Below are positions 19,875-25,338 of a stretch of DNA of 25,338 bases, one piece after another. The notes under the pieces were generated by a model. That model had not been told where the DNA came from, did not search any database, and was given only the letters and a program-made list of their open reading frames with translations. Where the stretch lies: contig NIVC01004062.1 in the NCBI GenBank assembly GCA_002269645.1, positions 1 through 25,338 of the forward strand, in the 5' to 3' direction. Within the stretch, counting starts at the first letter, position 1. Each line of letters opens with the position of its first letter. Made by a program: the position numbers and the translations under genes. Source of the stretch: Macrostomum lignano (Eukaryota).

Positions 19875-21799
19875 TCAGTCCAGCAGTACTTCTAACGCCA
19901 AACCAACAGAAATTCGCAATGCTAAAAATAGCATACATAATGACGTCACAAAGCTAATAATAGTAAACACATTGCGCCACGTGCTCTCCAACTGTTGCCG
20001 CTCGCGCCTAAGCCGGTGCAGCTGCTGACGGCGCCTCATGTGATCAGCCACATCCTGGGCCATCAGCTGGTACATCTGCAGGCGCTGCTGCAGAGCGCTC
20101 ATGGCGCTCACGTAATACGCCTCGGACATCACCGCATTAGAGATGCTGTTGTACTCAGCAGTCTGTGTGCCCCACGAGTTGAACTGCTTCTGCTGCACTT
20201 GAATCACGTCGCCAGAGTGCGGCATGATGAATGAGACTCGCCGCTGCGGGATTAAGGACTGGACTTGAGTACTTACTGATAGTGTCCACCTGATATGAAG
20301 TGTATGTGCTGAGTTGAAAGTACATTTACAATGTAATATGGTACATTTTGCTATACCATAATCCCAATCCCTGTCCTGACTATCCCACTCCCTGTCCTGA
20401 CTATCCCACTCCCTATCCTGACTATCCCAATCCCTGTCCTGACTATCCCACTCCCTATCCTGACTATCCCAATCCCTGTCCTGACTATCCCACTCCCTCT
20501 CCTGACTATCCCACTCCCTCTCCTGACTATCCCACTCCCTCTCCTGACTATCCCACTCCCTATCCTGACTATCCCCACTCCCTATCCTGACTATCCCACT
20601 CCCTCTCCTGACTATCTCACTCGGTCTCCTGACTATCCCACTCCCTATCCTGACTATCCCACTCCCTATCCTGACTATCCCACTCCCTCTCCTGACTATC
20701 CCACTCCCTATCCTGACTATCCCACTCCCTCTCCTGACTATCCCACTTCCTCTCTTGACTATCCCACTCCCTCTCCTGACTATCCCACTCCCTATCCTGA
20801 CTATCCCACTCCCTCTCCTGACTATCCCACTCCCTATCCTGACTATCCCACTCCCTATCCTGACTATCCCACTCGGTCTCCTGACTATCCCACTCCCTCT
20901 CCTGACTATCCCACTCCCTCTCCTGACTATCCCACTCCCTATCCTGACTATCCCACTCCCTCTCCTGACTATCCCACTCCCTCTCCTGACTATCCCACTC
21001 CCTATCCTGACTATCCCACTCCCTCTCCTGACTATCCCACTCCCTCTCCTGACTGTCCCACTCCCTCTCCTGACTATCCCACTCCCTATCCTGACTATCC
21101 CACTCCCTCTCCTGACTATCCCACTCCCTCTCCTGACTGTCCCACTCCCTATCCTGACTATCCCACTCCCTCTCCTGACTATCCCACTCCCTATCCTGAC
21201 TATCCCACTCCCTCTCCTGACTATCCCACTCGGTTTCCTGACTGTCCCACTCCCTTTCCTGACTATCCCACTCGGTCTCCTGACTGTCCCACTCCCTCTC
21301 CTGACTATCCCTCGGTCTCCTGGCTATCCCTATAGGAAGTGGGATAGTCAGGATGGGGACAAATCAAGTAGTCTCGTCCTCCTTGGGAAAACTGCACCTT
21401 TCTGATAGGCGCAGGTTTCTCTACAGTCTGCTGCGGTTCCTCCTCCTCCAGTACCAGCGCGAGCTGACCCGGCCGTCCACCGCCGCCGCCTCCTCGGCTG
21501 TCCGATCGGCTGTCGTGACTGGCAGGGACGGCCCGCCGGCGCGAACGGAGCTGACTGAGCGACTCGGCTCGAAAGTCGAACGCGCTGTATTTCCGAGTCT
21601 TTAATAGCATTGCTTTAATAGCAGCAACTGGCTGGCTACCGCTGTGCTGCAAATCTTCAATTAATAATTTATTGATACTTCCTCTGCTTCTCCAAGCAGA
21701 GTTGCTGCTTCCAGTCAGGAAGATTCTTTTGCAAGCTCTCAATGCTTTTGTTACGCATTTGCTGCAACGATTTTTCTTTATTGGGGTGCCCAGGTGCAG
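19875..21799 (-). CDS. Uncharacterised tail-anchored membrane protein (exons ~21799-21398 and 20243-19875; 5' end uncertain)
   Basis: Open frames 21305..22012 and 19875..20225; donor AAG|GTGCAG (weak) and acceptor TTAATCCCGCAG| are both phase 0; Q/R-rich helical segment followed by the C-terminal hydrophobic stretch VFTIISFVTSLCMLFLALRISVGLALEVLL. Confidence 0.6.
20352..21357. repeat. 21-bp minisatellite TCCTGACTATCCCACTCCCT(C/A), ~46 units, with one inverted unit at 21335-21353
   Basis: Directly visible. Confidence 0.96.
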
Positions 21800-21928
21800 C
21801 TGATAACAAATCTCGGTGGGGGGGGGGGTGAGGCAGCGCTGCGGAATTCTGCCGCAGCTGTTGCCTTTCTCAGCCAGCCCTTTGAAAGCCCTTTGCCAGC
21901 TGGCCTTGAAACAGAGTGTGCGCTTCAT

Positions 21929-22727
<799 letters not shown>

Positions 22728-23155
22728 CGCAGTCATAGACCACTGCAAGACTCAATGTAGAGGTAAAGAACGACCGGTGGTGATTTTTGTGTGACTTTAT
22801 CAGGGGTTATCATTAAATATTGAACAATCATGCCGAAAAGAGTGGACTTGACTTGTTGTCAAGCACTGGCTTCGAATTTATTTAAATGAACATGGAATGA
22901 AACAGGTTAGCTGTTGAATTCAATATTGAACTTGAAAAATGTAAGCATTGGGTTCGCTTCAGCTTTGGTAGTTCGGAATAGGTGTTCAAATTTTTAAAAA
23001 ATAATCGAGAAAGCTTTTATACTTTCTTTATAGAAATACTCCTTCAGAAGAAACTTCTTTATAATCTAACTCGCTTGTTAATTTAGTATTATAGTATTCC
23101 TCGGTAGATCTATATTCAATATATTTCTTTGCTGACCTTTTACATCCGCAGATGC

Positions 23156-23183
23156 AACCCTAACCCTAACCCTAACCCTAACT
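23156..23183. repeat. Short interstitial (CCCTAA)n tract
   Basis: CAACCCTAACCCTAACCCTAACCCTAAC. Confidence 0.8.
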
Positions 23184-23221
23184 CTAGCAAAAACATCTCT
23201 CCTGTACCCGAACACCGATCC

Positions 23222-23383
23222 TCATTCCACACCGAAGCTGCTGAGCATCTCCTCGGACTCGTCAGACAGCGGATCGTGATCGCCGACCTTCCGTTTGAAA
23301 ACCGCTTCGTCGCCGCCCTCGTCAAGCAGAAAGTCGGGCAGTTGGCTCTCCAGAGCGGAAAACTGAAGCGACTTCTTCGAGGG
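23222..23383 (-). CDS. Probable exon downstream of the KAGKP exon (PSKKSLQFSALESQLPDFLLDEGG...FGVE*)
   Basis: Frame of ORF 23222..23404; in-frame acceptors at 23384 (AAG) or 23363 (CAG) after a CTAAC branch motif and pyrimidine tract; phase 0 matches the donor at 23469. Confidence 0.5.
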   Translation of the reverse strand, partial: PSKKSLQFSALESQLPDFLLDEGGDEAVFKRKVGDHDPLSDESEEMLSSFGVE

Positions 23384-23469
23384 CTTCAAATTGTGAACGA
23401 GCAAGATAAGAGATTAAGGTTAGAGGAAATTACGGCTTTTATGAAGAGATATTCCAAACAAAATCTTAC

Positions 23470-24269
23470 AGGCTTCTTAGATTTTTCCGGCTTTCCGGCC
23501 TTTTCCGGCTTTCCGGCTTTTTCCGGCTTTCCGGCCTTTTCCGGCTTTCCGGCCTTCTTCGGCTTTCCGGCCTTTTCCGGCTTTCCGGCCTTCTTTGGCT
23601 TTCCGGCCTTTGGCTTTCCGGCCTTTGGCTTTCCAGCTTTTGATTTTCCGGCCTTTGGCTTTCCAGCCTTTGACTTTCCGGCTTTTGGCTTTCTGGCCTT
23701 TGGCTTTCCGGCTTTGGCTTTCCGGCTTTTGGCTTTCCGGCCTTTGGCTTTCCGGCCTTTGGCTTTCCGGCCTTTGGCTTTCCGGCTTTTGGCTTTCCGG
23801 CCTTTGGCTTTCCGGCCTTTGGCTTTCCAGCCTTTGGCTTTCCGGCCTTTGGCTTTCCGGCCTTTGGCTTTCCGGCCTTTGGCTTTCCGGCTTTTGGCTT
23901 TCCGGCTTTTGAATTTTTGGGCAGGCCGGGCAACAGGATGACGCCGCAGACGCACTTCGGGCACATCGCCTTGCAGGCGGACTTCAGGCTGCGCAATCCG
24001 CTGCTGCTAGTGCGCGACTGAATCTCCTCGATGAGGTCTGCGGCCTCCTCGGTGCGGTCCACCTTCTCTGTCAGCTCGGCGATCCATGACCGCTTCGTGG
24101 CCTCGACTTGCAGCTCGGGCTCTTCTTCGGAGGCATCGTCGGAATCAAAGGCCTCACCGCTGGATGCTCTCAGCCAGGCGCGAGACTGAATCTCAGCTCG
24201 ATGAGCCGCTGCGGCCTCCTCGGCTGCGTCCACACTGTACTCTGCTCTTCTGTCAGCTCGGCGATCCAT
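23470..24269 (-). CDS. Uncharacterised protein exon: acidic helix, Cys cluster, then ~27 (E/K)KAGKP-type repeats; 1-nt frameshift at 23713-23715; 5' end unclear
   Basis: ORF 23466..24269 up to the frameshift, then the frame of ORF 23386..23964; unit variation is synonymous in the KAGKP frame; strong donor CCT|GTAAGA at 23470/23469. Confidence 0.62.
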
Positions 24270-24519
24270 GACCGCTTCGTGCCTCGACTTTGCAGCTCGG
24301 CGCTCTTCTTCGGAGGCATCGTCGAATCAAAGCCTCACCGCTGGATGCTCTCAGACCGGTCAGCTAGGCCGCGAGCAGCCAGCCTGAGACTTTGGGGCGT
24401 CAGACACGGACTTTTGATTAGCGTCTCAATTGATTTTCCTAATCTGTTTGTGTCCACAAGATCTGAATCATGCTCTAATACAAGCTGTCTCAATAATAAG
24501 TCTCATTCCATTATTGAGA

Positions 24520-25338
24520 TCTAACAGTAGTCTCACTGTGCATTAGTGAGATCTCACAGCAGTCTAATTCGATTAATGAGATCTCACACTAGTCTCATAA
24601 TCATTAGGAAGATCTCACAGTAGTCTCACTTCATCAGTGAGATCTCACAGTAGTTTTCACATCATCAAGTGAAATTTCACAGTAGTCTCACTGCATTGGG
24701 TAAGATCTTTACAGTAGTCTCATTACATCAGTGAAATCTCACAGTAGTCTCACTTCATCAGTGAGATCTACAGTAGTCTCACTGCACTAGTGAGATCTTA
24801 ACAGTAGTCTCACTACATTAGTGAGATCTAAACAGTAGTTCTCACTGCATTAGTGAGATCTCACAGTTGTCTCACTGCATTAGTGAGATCTCACAGCAGT
24901 CTCACACGTTCGATAATGAGATCTTCACACACAGTAGTCTCATATATCATTAGCGAAAGATCTCACAGTAGTTTCACATCATGAGTGAAATCTCAAAGTA
25001 GTCTCATCCAACTGCATTAGTAAGACCTCACATGTAAACATCTCACGGTGCATCAGGGGAGATCTCAAAGTAGTCTCATTTTCATATCAGTGAAATCTCA
25101 AAGTAGTTCTCACTGCATTAGTAAAGATCTCACAGTATCTCACTTCATCAGTGAGATCTCACAGTAGTTTAAACATCATCAGTGAGAATCTCAAAGTAGT
25201 CTCACTTAGCATAGGAGATCTCACATATAGTCTCACTCCATTAGTGAGATCTCACAGTAGGCTCACTCATTGTAAGATTCTCACAGTAAGTCTCACTGGC
25301 ATTAATGAGATCTCACAGTAGTCTCATTTACATTAGTG
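24520..25338. repeat. ~30-bp satellite GAGATCTCACAGTAGTCTCACTGCATTAGT, indel-rich, running off the window end
   Basis: About 27 degenerate units. Confidence 0.92.

Noticed and set aside
23129-23941. Plus-strand ORF with FPAFG/LAFRP repeats, and the minus-strand KAKGR frame
   Set aside because: Unit variation is synonymous only in the minus-strand KAGKP frame, and the splice signals are on the minus strand.

Overview
Eukaryotic (animal) genomic DNA with spliced GT-AG genes. About a third of the window (~9 kb) is tandem repeat. GC-rich exons inside minisatellite-filled introns suggest a Macrostomum-like flatworm, but that is inference only. Contents: (1) a 5-exon MTHFR gene on + (3130-7948) with one 1-nt frameshift in a G run; (2) an 8-9-exon gene on - (18740-10168, ~1250 aa) whose first two exons look like a complete four-TM tetraspanin-like module with a CCG loop, spliced in frame to a DC-STAMP/DCST1-2/Sneaky/SPE-42-type protein with a C-terminal C4C4 RING-like finger, which is the main candidate for a novel system; (3) one or two uncharacterised genes on - (24269-19875), one part with ~27 KAGKP-type repeats and one part a tail-anchored protein with an RVxF motif; (4) a 298-bp MITE with 14-bp TIRs and an 8-bp TSD, and a 5'-truncated tRNA-derived CORE-like SINE; (5) about 15 distinct tandem arrays, including one built from copies of a splice donor and one intron made almost wholly of (TTAG)n. 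No rRNA, intact tRNA or CRISPR array was seen. All exon boundaries were deduced by hand from GT/AG sites, phase and recalled family motifs; no searches were run.
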